DNA of 26,597 nucleotides from Candidatus Sumerlaeia bacterium (GTDB lineage: Bacteria > Sumerlaeota > Sumerlaeia > SLMS01). The notes below the pieces were generated by a model, which was not told where the DNA came from, did no database searches, and worked only from the letters and a program-made list of their open reading frames with translations. Below, piece after piece: positions 26,219 through 26,597 of this stretch. Numbering within the stretch: the stretch's first letter is position 1; every line of letters starts with the position of its first letter. The position numbers and the translations under genes were made by a program. The stretch spans positions 1 through 26,597 of the forward strand of contig JBBQYG010000045.1 of assembly GCA_038208905.1 (NCBI GenBank). The letters are read 5' to 3'.

Positions 26219-26597
26219 ATGAAGATACCCGGAAGCACGAATCTTTGGCTGTGCGCCGGGTCACTGTTCACGTTGGGCTTTGCTGGCGCCATGATCGTTC
26301 CTCCAGCGGGCGCCGCGATCGGCGCAGTTCTCGCCGTGGAGGTCATCCGCACCATCGGCGGCATCTGCGCCAACCTCACGGCCGCTCATATCTGGGAGAA
26401 ACTGAGCGCTAGCGTACGGACCGCGGAGAACCCCCTCCGCAACGAAGACTTGGTCGCCGCCGTCGGCGAATCGGTGAAGCTCTTCTTCACAGTCCGGCTG
26501 AAGGAAACGTTTCCACACGAGGCGGCCAACCTCGATAGCCTCGGCCTCGCTGCGGTGCTCGTGTGGAAGCGCATCGCAGCGGCGGAGCTCTCCGAGT
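26219..26597 (+). CDS. Partial CDS running off the window, hypothetical with hydrophobic Gly/Ala-rich N-terminus
   Basis: ATG 26219 after GGGAGA with an open frame to the window end: MKIPGSTNLWLCAGSLFTLGFAGAMIVPPAGAAIG..PLRNEDLVAAVGESV. Not in the supplied ORF track. Candidate TTGAAT-N18-TAACAT promoter at about 26148-26177. Confidence 0.7.
   Translation, partial: MKIPGSTNLWLCAGSLFTLGFAGAMIVPPAGAAIGAVLAVEVIRTIGGICANLTAAHIWEKLSASVRTAENPLRNEDLVAAVGESVKLFFTVRLKETFPHEAANLDSLGLAAVLVWKRIAAAELSE

Overview
GC-rich bacterial chromosomal window with about 25 supportable CDSs and no rRNA, tRNA, CRISPR array or transposase that I could recognise. C-terminal dockerin-like tails and Cys-less thioredoxin-fold secreted proteins suggest a Sumerlaeota/PVC-like lineage, which is inference only. 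Housekeeping or common genes are eamA-like, ruvX, yceD, a Gfo/Idh/MocA oxidoreductase, a YbaL/Kef antiporter, a CLC-F-type fluoride antiporter, a metallophosphoesterase, ECF sigma/anti-sigma/ybjQ, a polyprenyl synthase and an orphan rbfA. Two visibly lower-GC insertions interrupt them: a BglII/BstYI-like type II R-M pair whose endonuclease seems to start at CTG, and a three-gene membrane cassette (4-TM coiled-coil protein, membrane-anchored J-domain protein, membrane-anchored trypsin-like protease). That cassette is my best candidate for an undescribed system. Other notable items are a Ski2/Hel308-like helicase with altered motifs fused to an OmpR-type winged helix, a prodomain-less matrixin coupled to a secreted OB/TIMP-like partner, tandem secreted DUF4139-like paralogues, and a REP/MITE-like palindrome cluster around the eamA-like gene. 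All family calls come from reading motifs by eye; no database searches were run.
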